Of a DNA stretch of 24,000 nucleotides, positions 1 through 8,727 are shown piece by piece. Within the stretch, counting starts at the first letter, position 1. Every line of letters starts with the position of its first letter. Origin of the DNA: an uncultured Ketobacter sp. (GTDB lineage: Bacteria; Pseudomonadota; Gammaproteobacteria; Pseudomonadales; Ketobacteraceae); the NCBI GenBank assembly GCA_963922875.1, contig CAWUJH010000002.1:198938-222937 (forward strand). The letters are read 5' to 3'. Under the pieces are notes generated by a model. That model was given only the letters and a program-made list of their open reading frames with translations, was not told the origin of the DNA and did no database searches. The translations under genes and the position numbers were made by a program.

Positions 1-68
1 TGAGCTACATCTCGTTCCGGTTTTAAATCGATTTCATCGACATCAATATTGGGTATCAATCTGGCCAT
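1..68 (-). CDS. 5' end of an unidentified sixth operon gene that runs off the left edge. Visible N-terminus: MARLIPNIDVDEIDLKPERDVA
   Basis: Minus-strand ATG at 66-68, 9 nt after the helicase stop (78-80), with a purine-rich AAGGA stretch upstream. The frame stays open to the window edge. Only 22 codons are visible. The MARxIP...PERxVA start resembles N-termini I associate with NERD or nuclease-helicase proteins. It does not look like a DUF1998 (DrmB) start, but that is recollection based on 22 aa only. Confidence 0.4.
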   Translation of the reverse strand, partial: MARLIPNIDVDEIDLKPERDVA

Positions 69-77
69 CTGAACCGC

Positions 78-3000
78 CTAATCCTTTATTTCTTCAGCAT
101 GGAGTGTGATTGAAGCCCAATCACCGTCCGGCAAATCGAATGAAACGTTGGCTTCCGGGTAACGTAGTTTCACACGAGTGGTTATGTTTCCGTTTTCATC
201 TTGTAATTCACTCCAACTCAATGTTCCCGCAAGTGTACCCTTGGGAAACTGTCCCTGTTGTACATCCGAAACGGACATCACCACGAACGTATTCTTTCCT
301 GGCTTTTGATCTTTCGACCTAGTTATGGTCAGCTGCTTGGATTGTCCATCGACTTCGATTTCGACGACCGTTTCAGATTCATATTTGCCTTTTGCGATAT
401 CGACCACTGAAACGAGTGATCCGGGAGCAGATGTCGGGGAATTTGTTCTTCTTCTAGCACTTCTTCCAGATCCTGCTGAATTTGCATCATTGTCGTTAGG
501 GATAACGACCCTGGGAGTCCAATTTGGACTATCCGCAAACTTCCTTGTATTCATGACGAGACGGACACCGGGTTCCACCTCCCGCATGGACATCGGCACG
601 GTGAAATCATCCCACGCTTGAACGCCGGGCGCCTTGATGAGGGCGACCATGGTGTCCTTATTGGGACCTTTCTTTTCATAACCCAGCAAGCGCCCACCTT
701 TTCTTACTTGTTCTGCCCACTCGTCTATTCGCGCTTTCAATTCCAGCTTTGCCAAGGCTTCGATATCCGAACGATCCGTGACGCTCCATGCTCGCTTGGT
801 CAGAATATCCATGGCCGTCTTGGCCTCTGGTTTGTCAACCTTATCCATCGACATGGCGCCAGTATTTGGATTGAACGGTTCGTTCTCCAAACGCATGAGG
901 CTCAACATCGTACCGGTGAGCCCACGGTCGATTGCTCGCGGCGAGAAGGGTGTAACCGATTGTGCTTCTACGTGTTTGTAGAAGGTTGCGTGGTAATGTT
1001 CGAAAGTTTCGTAATGCGATAGGTCTCGGGGACGAGCCCAAGTAAGCACCGTGCACACCAAACCAGGGAATTGTCGACCGACGCGGCTAGTGGCCTGGAT
1101 ATATTCGGCCGTACCTTTGGGTTGCCCATTGACGGCCATCAGCCCCAATCGATTCACGTCGACACCTACCGACAACATATTCGTAGCCAGCACCACATCA
1201 ATGGCTCGAATGTCGCCTTCTTGCCAGTCGGTCACGTATTTTCCTGTAGGAGCATCAAATCTCGCTTTGAAAGGCACTTCCAGCTGATCGAGATTCTTAG
1301 GGATATCACGATTGGAGATTCGTGAGGTCAACTCTTTGATATTCTGAACACTACGTTGAGCCAGCCCGGGGCGGTCGACCAAGCTCATCTGTACGCGGTA
1401 GGAACGTGTCTGCACGTCATCCTCCGCCAGTCGTTTCATTCCGCCCAGCTCTCGGAGTGAGTTGAAGTAACCCACCGTCGTCATGTAAGGATCGGCTGCC
1501 GGTCCGAAACGATCGAACAATCCCTGCGATGCTGTCAGGAATGCGGTATAGACCCGAATAAGCATGGCAGGGCGTGAACTACCCGGCGAACAGACACCAA
1601 GGTATCGTCGCCCAGGATGCTCTTGAATGGGACGTTGGACGGAGAAAAAGTTGTCCTCTACATCCAATCCGTGGGGTGGAAAGACGGAAACCTTGCGCAT
1701 GAAAACGCCATTGACCTGTTCCGCCGCTTTGCGCACTGTTGCAGTCGAGGCGATGATCTTTGGTTTGACCAGCTTGCCATCCAACTCCCAAGATGAAAGC
1801 TCGTCCACAGCCGTCTCATACAAACCAACCATGGTACCCAATGGCCCACTGATGAGATGGAATTCGTCCTGAATGATCAAATCGGGTGGGCGGATAGGCA
1901 TGATCTGCCGCACCTTGGTCGGAGCCAACCCTTTCAACGCACGATGGTTACCTTCGCACTCTGCACCGGGCCACAATAGACCGTGACGTGGACACTCCTT
2001 ATTAGCTCGACCAAATAGAGTTCTTACCTGGCCGCGCCAGGCCATCATGGCGAATTTGTCGACCGTCGCGATCATCATCGTTGGTGGGCGATGGTAGATT
2101 TCTTCGTCGACCACTTTCACCGGAATTCCGGGATGGGGCAAATTCGAGGTCTTGCCGCGCGAGAACTCGCAGTGGCTCTTCTTGTCACCACAGTAAATGA
2201 TGGTTTGACCTACCAGTTTGTTTACTTCGATATCTCGACCGGGCGCAACCTCACCTCCGCACCAAGGGCAACTGGTGAGTTGAGCAGGCGAAGTACTGCC
2301 GGCATCCCACTTGTCCGGGTCCCGGATATCTTGAATGGCCCGATGGCTATCGTCAGTCGTGCCTGGAGTAACCTTGTTACCCACCCACAGTCCAATAGTG
2401 AATGGCTCCTTGCCCAATGACTCGTCACCTTTGGCTAGCGCCTCCCGCCTTAAAACTTCCATTGCGCAAATCAGTGTCGTGGCACGCTGGAACTGCTGCA
2501 ACGTCAGCAACCTCAGCGTATAGCGCATGATCACGGACAGCCCGCGAGAGCTATCGTAGCCCCCCAAGTTTCCCTGCAACCTCCGTATGAACATGGTAAA
2601 TGCGGCAACGCCTAGATACGCTTCGGTCTTACCACCACCGGTGGGGAACCACAGCAAATCGGCATAGGCTTCTATGGGTTTGGTACGGTCCTTGTGATTC
2701 GGATCGGCCAACGAAGGGATCGACAACAGCATGAAAGCCAGCTGAAAAGGTCGCCAAGAACGATTCTTTCGTTCTTGAAAGTCCGACAACGTCTTGGATT
2801 GATTTCTGCGCTGAGAGAGTGCGTACAAGCTACGAATACGTTGATTCGCCATCGCCAGGTTCGCCGTACGGAAGGCTCTCAATGCGTTGTTATTTTCCGC
2901 GAGCACCTGAACGCCTTCCACCAAACGCTGGTGAATATCGGTACATTTATTCAGTGCCTCTTTGGCTTCCTGATCATGACCGGCGACATCCTTCCCGATA

Positions 3001-4637
3001 CGATCACGCTGCTCATTGATCCAAGCGTGATAATCGTCCGTTAATATCGACAAGGCTGAAACCAGTTCCCCTTTCGATAGATCCGCTAATACTTCCATGT
3101 CCAAGTAGCCTTTCTTGACCATTTCGCACATAGCCAAGCGATCAGGGCTATGGCTGTTGTTCTCCGGCCAATACTCGTTCCTGCTACCGGGAATATCGGT
3201 AATCGGCACCTCGTATTGCGGCATGATGGTAGTGCAAACCTCGGTCGCATACTCGACAGTTTCCGTATCGCTCACCGCGTGTACGGCTACACCATGGCCA
3301 ACCGCAAACTCCACCTTTTTACGGTAGACCATTTCCAGGGCTTTACGCTCGTGGTCATCGGAATCATCAAGTGCCAAAGGCCTGCGTCGGAAGATTGCCT
3401 TGTCTGTCGAGCCCTGGGCAGCTCGAATTCGAATCTCAGGCTGGAACAACCATGCAGTATCCTTGTTGGATTCCGGCTCTTCCTGGGCATTGACCAGGAA
3501 GAGTGTAATCAAGCGATCGCCATCGGCGTTTTTGGCCCGGACACTTCCTTGAATTCGGACTTCAGGATGCTCCTTGTCGGGAGCTTGGTGTGGTACGACC
3601 CCTTCCTTCATCGGCAGAGTAATGCGGCCACCACAGGAAATACGTTTCCAGACCTTGGGCTTCATCTCGGCTTCAACTGAGAACAGCTCATCACCCGCGG
3701 CGTTCTTCGTGCCCAGTGATACGCAGTTGACCCGTTCTAGCCCTTTCTTTTCTTGATAGGCTTCGACTTCCTGCTTGGTCATCTTGCGTTTTATGGGTTT
3801 GGAATGCTCGTGGTCATAGAGCCGCTCATAGCGACCCCATAGCGCTTCGACTTCAATAGCCTCGACGTCCCCGCTTACACAGAACGTGATGCCCATACTG
3901 GATGGAATCAAAGACTGATTACTGGCAGCATCGATCTCATCTGCACTATCAGACTCAGCCTCGACCTTGCCCGTAGTGGAGTTGAACTCTGCTCCCGGTT
4001 CATGACTCAAGCGATTTGGCACGTTCTTGTCATGAGTATCAATGGACTCATCTGGTTCTTCGCCTTCCTCATTGGCAAGAGGGCCTTCTAACCCTTCAAT
4101 CGAGCCGTCTTTCCTGCTGTCGCGGGGGGCCAACTTCCCAACCAAATAGCGGTCACGAACACTCATATCGACGATCTCTTCGTAAGGACCATTGGCTGGG
4201 CCTAGAAGATCGTCTACCACCGCAAGTTGCAACAGTTCTCTTATGTAAGCCTGATCATTGATCAATGGCACATCGGCAATGGTCTTGCCCGAAAGTTTCG
4301 GCAAGTTCTCAAGGAAGTCAGTCCACTGAATTCTGGATATCCGGCCACTTGGTGCAGACAGTGGTGTTTCAAATAGTGATGAAGGTGCGTCAAAGGAAAG
4401 GTATTTATCGAAATAGACGGTGGTGCTATCGAGAGATGAACGGATTCGATAGACTCGACCTACACCAATAGCTTCGGCAGAATCGTTTAGAGCCAAGATC
4501 CAATCATTTTCTCGAATGGCCTGATATTTCGTGACTTCACCAGCAAGCGAGAGGGAATAGTGCTCGAAAGGCAAGCCTAACGAAGTTTTTGAAGTAACTG
4601 CGACCCACGCATTGTTGGTCTCCATGCTATTGTTCAT
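78..4637 (-). CDS. Giant SF2 DExH-box helicase (1519 aa), DrmA-like (DISARM helicase family)
   Basis: Uninterrupted 1519-codon ORF. Helicase motif I PTGGGKT is at 2625-2645 and motif II DEFH at 1857-1868. Motif III-like IIASTAT is at aa 961-967. Motif V/VI LATNMLSVGVDV...QATSRVGR has its QATSRVGR part at 1074-1097. Its ATG overlaps the upstream MTase stop (ATGA at 4634-4637). The position after SNF2 and N6-MTase genes, the long non-helicase N-terminal region and the acidic loop fit DrmA. That family assignment is an inference without an HMM search. Confidence 0.8.
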   Translation of the reverse strand: MNNSMETNNAWVAVTSKTSLGLPFEHYSLSLAGEVTKYQAIRENDWILALNDSAEAIGVGRVYRIRSSLDSTTVYFDKYLSFDAPSSLFETPLSAPSGRISRIQWTDFLENLPKLSGKTIADVPLINDQAYIRELLQLAVVDDLLGPANGPYEEIVDMSVRDRYLVGKLAPRDSRKDGSIEGLEGPLANEEGEEPDESIDTHDKNVPNRLSHEPGAEFNSTTGKVEAESDSADEIDAASNQSLIPSSMGITFCVSGDVEAIEVEALWGRYERLYDHEHSKPIKRKMTKQEVEAYQEKKGLERVNCVSLGTKNAAGDELFSVEAEMKPKVWKRISCGGRITLPMKEGVVPHQAPDKEHPEVRIQGSVRAKNADGDRLITLFLVNAQEEPESNKDTAWLFQPEIRIRAAQGSTDKAIFRRRPLALDDSDDHERKALEMVYRKKVEFAVGHGVAVHAVSDTETVEYATEVCTTIMPQYEVPITDIPGSRNEYWPENNSHSPDRLAMCEMVKKGYLDMEVLADLSKGELVSALSILTDDYHAWINEQRDRIGKDVAGHDQEAKEALNKCTDIHQRLVEGVQVLAENNNALRAFRTANLAMANQRIRSLYALSQRRNQSKTLSDFQERKNRSWRPFQLAFMLLSIPSLADPNHKDRTKPIEAYADLLWFPTGGGKTEAYLGVAAFTMFIRRLQGNLGGYDSSRGLSVIMRYTLRLLTLQQFQRATTLICAMEVLRREALAKGDESLGKEPFTIGLWVGNKVTPGTTDDSHRAIQDIRDPDKWDAGSTSPAQLTSCPWCGGEVAPGRDIEVNKLVGQTIIYCGDKKSHCEFSRGKTSNLPHPGIPVKVVDEEIYHRPPTMMIATVDKFAMMAWRGQVRTLFGRANKECPRHGLLWPGAECEGNHRALKGLAPTKVRQIMPIRPPDLIIQDEFHLISGPLGTMVGLYETAVDELSSWELDGKLVKPKIIASTATVRKAAEQVNGVFMRKVSVFPPHGLDVEDNFFSVQRPIQEHPGRRYLGVCSPGSSRPAMLIRVYTAFLTASQGLFDRFGPAADPYMTTVGYFNSLRELGGMKRLAEDDVQTRSYRVQMSLVDRPGLAQRSVQNIKELTSRISNRDIPKNLDQLEVPFKARFDAPTGKYVTDWQEGDIRAIDVVLATNMLSVGVDVNRLGLMAVNGQPKGTAEYIQATSRVGRQFPGLVCTVLTWARPRDLSHYETFEHYHATFYKHVEAQSVTPFSPRAIDRGLTGTMLSLMRLENEPFNPNTGAMSMDKVDKPEAKTAMDILTKRAWSVTDRSDIEALAKLELKARIDEWAEQVRKGGRLLGYEKKGPNKDTMVALIKAPGVQAWDDFTVPMSMREVEPGVRLVMNTRKFADSPNWTPRVVIPNDNDANSAGSGRSARRRTNSPTSAPGSLVSVVDIAKGKYESETVVEIEVDGQSKQLTITRSKDQKPGKNTFVVMSVSDVQQGQFPKGTLAGTLSWSELQDENGNITTRVKLRYPEANVSFDLPDGDWASITLHAEEIKD

Positions 4638-7600
4638 TCTTCTTCCTGTCCGAAGATATCCATTTGCGGTGTTGGTTCAGTAACCTTATTCAACGCCATA
4701 TCTCTCGATTGTCGTTTGTGGTGCTGAGTGATTGCAGTTACGTTGCCCTTTTCAGATTTATTAGATATTTCTGCTTCATGTCGTTCTTTGTTGAGCATTG
4801 CCAAACGATGCAGCAATTCCATCCTGGCGCACTCACTTATTGTATAACGAGTATTTTGCCCCTCAGGAAGATATCCCACCTGATGAAATCCATGCTCAAG
4901 TCTTATATCCTGCCATTCATAAGCTCTTAAAAGTTCAGAATCTATCAGTTCACTTATGTTGCGAAGTTTTACTACCGTATCATCGTGACATTCCTGGCCA
5001 TGAAAAAAGTTATAAAACGTAGTCAATCCGACTTGGTTGGTTTCCATATATTTTTCGCGTAATGAATGGAATTCCCAAGCAGATCGTTCTACCGATGAAC
5101 TATATTTAGGGAAAGGGAATGTCTCGAATGTGTCGCTTAGGCTGTAGCGTAAATCATTTTTTAATTTTGATGAATATTGCCACGCATAAATGCAATGGAG
5201 ACTTGACTGTAAAACACCAAAACTCCAATAGTCATCAAGAACAAAAACGACAGTAGCATCCGAGAAAATAATGCCACTATCCACCATGCAAAAAGCCAAC
5301 GCCTTGCCATGCCTGCTCAACGCAATCACTTTATTTTTGGATGGCAATTCAATTCCTGGGTAGGTGCCAATAGCTTTGTATAGGTCTATTGTCGGCCTTT
5401 TATAAATCCACCATTTATTTCGTAATGCTGTAATTTTTTGAGTGTTTCTATACGGCTTAACCTGATCTAATATTTTTTGATAAGCACTTCCATACTTGGA
5501 TGCTTGATCAAGTGTCCAATCCCAGAAATTGATAACTCTTCTAGAAGGAGATTGCGTTGGGCTAGAGTTGAGATCCTTTCCGTTCAGAAACGGAAATATT
5601 ACATCCTTCGAATCTTGATAATTATCAATCTCGGACTCATCTACCAAGAAGCCGTCCCCTAATAAACACGAGCCGTTATATGCAATTCCTATATTACTTT
5701 TCAATCTCTTTGGAACCCATGACTCACCGGTTGTCAAAAAAGATGTTATTTGGTGTACATCTTTTTCAAAAATCTGCCTTGCACCACTCCATGCTCCTTT
5801 GAATAAATGAACTCTGCTAGTGACTACAGCTGCTTTTCCTGGCCAGCTTTCGTTGGGGTGACAGCTATATATTTCCCCTCCTGAAGACAAAATTCTTTCA
5901 AGTCCAACTCTTCGAGTATCTCCTTCAGATATCGTGTTTACTGACAAAAGACCTAAACAGGATTCATCACCAAGAACCGAAAAAGCGCGTAGGAAAAAGT
6001 AGGCAACGAAATCTGCTAGGCCTCGATCATTAGCCCCAACCTGAAGAACAAGGTACTCTCGATAATTTCCTCCAAAGCTTCCCGATATTTTTGATCCACC
6101 AACGAAAGGGGGATTTCCAACAACTGCATCAAATCCGTATTTTTTTCCTTCAAATACCTCTGGAAACTCCAAGCACCAATGGAATGGTTTTCGATTCTGC
6201 TTGCCCTTCGGCAAATCAGTATTCAAACCATCAGTAGCGAGAAGTCTTAAATACTTAACCGCATCTGAATCGCCCTCAAATACTCGGCCAGATTCGACCG
6301 ATAATATGGTGACGTCAGCCTTCTTCCCCCCAGCTTTAAGGGTCTCTCCAACCAAAGCATCTGCAACTAATTCCGGCAGCTCTAATTTCTCACGGGCTTT
6401 TTGATCCAAGTGAGCCATTATTTCGACATCATGAATATCCAAAATCGGCCGCTTTCGTAATTCCAGACGGAGTTCTATCGCCTCCTTGACTGACTCCTCA
6501 ATTTCTTGAGCAAAGAGCTTCTTCTCACTACCTTTGCCAACGTTCATATCCAGATAATACAGTTGTTCCAGATTGGTAATCCCGAGCAAGCTGTCACCAT
6601 GACGAAGGTTGTGATCCAGGAAGCCAAAGGGGCGGCCTTTAGCCAAGGTAATCAACCAGATCGAAAGCTTCGCCAATTCGACAGCGAGTGGATTGATGTC
6701 CACCCCATATAGGCAGCGCTCACTAATCAGGCGTCGCGCAGCTACCGAACGTTCTTCAGCATCGCCAGCCATTGGTTCTTGATTGGTAATGTTATCGACG
6801 ACGATTCCTTCGCCAGTGATGAACTTGCCTAGAGATTCGGCTTGAGACCAACTTTCTAACAATCTTTCCGATAACCAGCGGCAAACCTGAACCAAAAATG
6901 CACCCGAGCCCATGGCCAGATCGCAAATCTTGAGATCCAGCAGCTCTTCCGGAGTCTTCAGTTTCCAATCCTTGCGTTCCGCACCTTCGGCGGGACCCAC
7001 ATAGACGATCGGTTCCAGCGTCTCCTTGACGATGGATTCCGTCAGGGATTTAGGCGTGTAGTGGGTACCTGTTTCTCGACGATCGGAACCCGTTGCCACC
7101 ATGAAAGCACCCTTGGGGTATATCAGCGGGTAACCCCAGGGGTCGATTCGTAGAAAGTGATAGTAGGGAGCCAACCTATCGCGCAGGGCTTGGTCGCCCA
7201 AGCAAACGACCAACAGCTTTTCTTTGTTGGCATCGCTAACGACTTTATCGAGATCATTATTGATGCGAGAAGTGGAGCTGCCCGTTCGCTCTTCCAGAAG
7301 CGTTTTTACTGCCTTCTCACCACTCAGGCGCGCGTCTTCCAATTCACCCCAAGTCACCCAGGGTTTCTTTGATTTCTTGGTAGCTTCCAATTCCAGCGTG
7401 ACGTCCTTGGCACGAACTACGGTTCGCTCCAACAAACCTTCATAGACGTAGCCAATTTGCTCTACATCCAGTGCCCGATAGGACAGTGTCCTCCCCTGAA
7501 ATAGTTGAATAGCATCTAGCAGTAACAGAACTGTGCGGTTGTCGATTGGTAACGGTTGCGCGGGATCGTAACGCCAGTTCGAATCTTTTGTGCGCCCTTC

Positions 7601-8722
7601 AAGAAAGGGGAATCGATCGGGGTCGAACAGAGAGCCCCCCAGCGCTGGCATGCGCAGCGTTTCATGGTCCACGCCGCCATACACGGCGCGGAATATCGCG
7701 AGTAGGCGCGACCAAGCGTCACGGCGATGGGATAGGATTTCTTCCGAGTGCAAGCCTGCTTGCTCACGCAATTGCATTCGCAAGCTCGAAACGGCGTAGT
7801 AGGCTTCGTAGCGTTCATCACCCAATAGCAACAAACCGCGCTCTTCGGCACTCAACAAAAATACGAGACGCATCATCACCGTCAAACCGGCCTCGTAGAG
7901 TTCGGCGGATTCTACGTCTTTGAGTAACTCACGTTCACGATCCTGGTCTGCTTTGTCCAGAGCCTGAACCAGCACTTCGACTGCACGCCTGACTTGATCG
8001 CCAAGGGCATCGGTGACTTCATCCTGATGCTTGAGGGACTCATCCAGCAAGGCAGGTAATTGCTGGCTTGAATCCAGGAAAAAGCGGCGAATTCCCAATA
8101 GATTGATGAAGGCCTGTAACGTGACCGGTTCCTGCCCCCATAAGCGGGCATACCAACTGGCATAGGTAGTGACGCCGCCCTCGGGTGCATCGATCAGCAT
8201 CCAGCGTTCACCGTTGGTGAGCAGCCCCAGTCGCACCTTCGTGGCTCGACAGAGTTGGAGCATTCTCTCCACAGGGCTCGCAGCCCATCCATCTGACTTG
8301 TTAATAGTCTCGAGATCAATGCCAGCAGGCAACGTTTTAATCAGCAAGCTAGGCGGATGATCACTACCGGTGACTACGGCATAGTCCGGTTTGATCACGA
8401 CGCCATGCTCTGGGGCTTCGAATGAGACTCCATCAATGCTGTTCGCCGGTTTCAGTACATCCTCATCGTCGTCTTCATCCAGCTCCAGACCTTGCTTGAG
8501 AACCAAATCAATCCAGGCCGCATGTAGCTCTGAAAACGAAGGATCGGCATCGTCTTGGGCTTCCCGCCATTCTTCATAAGCCTGGCGTAATAGCTTTTTC
8601 TTGGCTGGATTCAGTTCGTCCAGACCTTGAGGAAAGTGCGACTCCAGAACGGTCTCGGCGAGAAAGGGACCTGAGATTTCCAGAAGTGATAGCCATTCAC
8701 CGTGAGTCTTCTTATCGTACAT
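4634..8722 (-). CDS. Large gamma-class N6-adenine DNA methyltransferase (1362 aa), Eco57I / type IIG-IIL / PglX / DrmMI-like
   Basis: 1362-codon ORF. It carries THYTPKSL (aa 553-560), the SAM-binding motif I ICDLAMGSGAFLV (aa 599-611) and the catalytic motif IV VVGNPPFVGG (NPPF at 6104-6115). GGAG lies 8 nt upstream of the ATG at 8722. The gene starts 5 nt after the SNF2 stop. A long C-terminal region after NPPF is consistent with a target-recognition domain. Confidence 0.85.
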   Translation of the reverse strand: MYDKKTHGEWLSLLEISGPFLAETVLESHFPQGLDELNPAKKKLLRQAYEEWREAQDDADPSFSELHAAWIDLVLKQGLELDEDDDEDVLKPANSIDGVSFEAPEHGVVIKPDYAVVTGSDHPPSLLIKTLPAGIDLETINKSDGWAASPVERMLQLCRATKVRLGLLTNGERWMLIDAPEGGVTTYASWYARLWGQEPVTLQAFINLLGIRRFFLDSSQQLPALLDESLKHQDEVTDALGDQVRRAVEVLVQALDKADQDRERELLKDVESAELYEAGLTVMMRLVFLLSAEERGLLLLGDERYEAYYAVSSLRMQLREQAGLHSEEILSHRRDAWSRLLAIFRAVYGGVDHETLRMPALGGSLFDPDRFPFLEGRTKDSNWRYDPAQPLPIDNRTVLLLLDAIQLFQGRTLSYRALDVEQIGYVYEGLLERTVVRAKDVTLELEATKKSKKPWVTWGELEDARLSGEKAVKTLLEERTGSSTSRINNDLDKVVSDANKEKLLVVCLGDQALRDRLAPYYHFLRIDPWGYPLIYPKGAFMVATGSDRRETGTHYTPKSLTESIVKETLEPIVYVGPAEGAERKDWKLKTPEELLDLKICDLAMGSGAFLVQVCRWLSERLLESWSQAESLGKFITGEGIVVDNITNQEPMAGDAEERSVAARRLISERCLYGVDINPLAVELAKLSIWLITLAKGRPFGFLDHNLRHGDSLLGITNLEQLYYLDMNVGKGSEKKLFAQEIEESVKEAIELRLELRKRPILDIHDVEIMAHLDQKAREKLELPELVADALVGETLKAGGKKADVTILSVESGRVFEGDSDAVKYLRLLATDGLNTDLPKGKQNRKPFHWCLEFPEVFEGKKYGFDAVVGNPPFVGGSKISGSFGGNYREYLVLQVGANDRGLADFVAYFFLRAFSVLGDESCLGLLSVNTISEGDTRRVGLERILSSGGEIYSCHPNESWPGKAAVVTSRVHLFKGAWSGARQIFEKDVHQITSFLTTGESWVPKRLKSNIGIAYNGSCLLGDGFLVDESEIDNYQDSKDVIFPFLNGKDLNSSPTQSPSRRVINFWDWTLDQASKYGSAYQKILDQVKPYRNTQKITALRNKWWIYKRPTIDLYKAIGTYPGIELPSKNKVIALSRHGKALAFCMVDSGIIFSDATVVFVLDDYWSFGVLQSSLHCIYAWQYSSKLKNDLRYSLSDTFETFPFPKYSSSVERSAWEFHSLREKYMETNQVGLTTFYNFFHGQECHDDTVVKLRNISELIDSELLRAYEWQDIRLEHGFHQVGYLPEGQNTRYTISECARMELLHRLAMLNKERHEAEISNKSEKGNVTAITQHHKRQSRDMALNKVTEPTPQMDIFGQEEE

Positions 8723-8727
8723 CGTGA

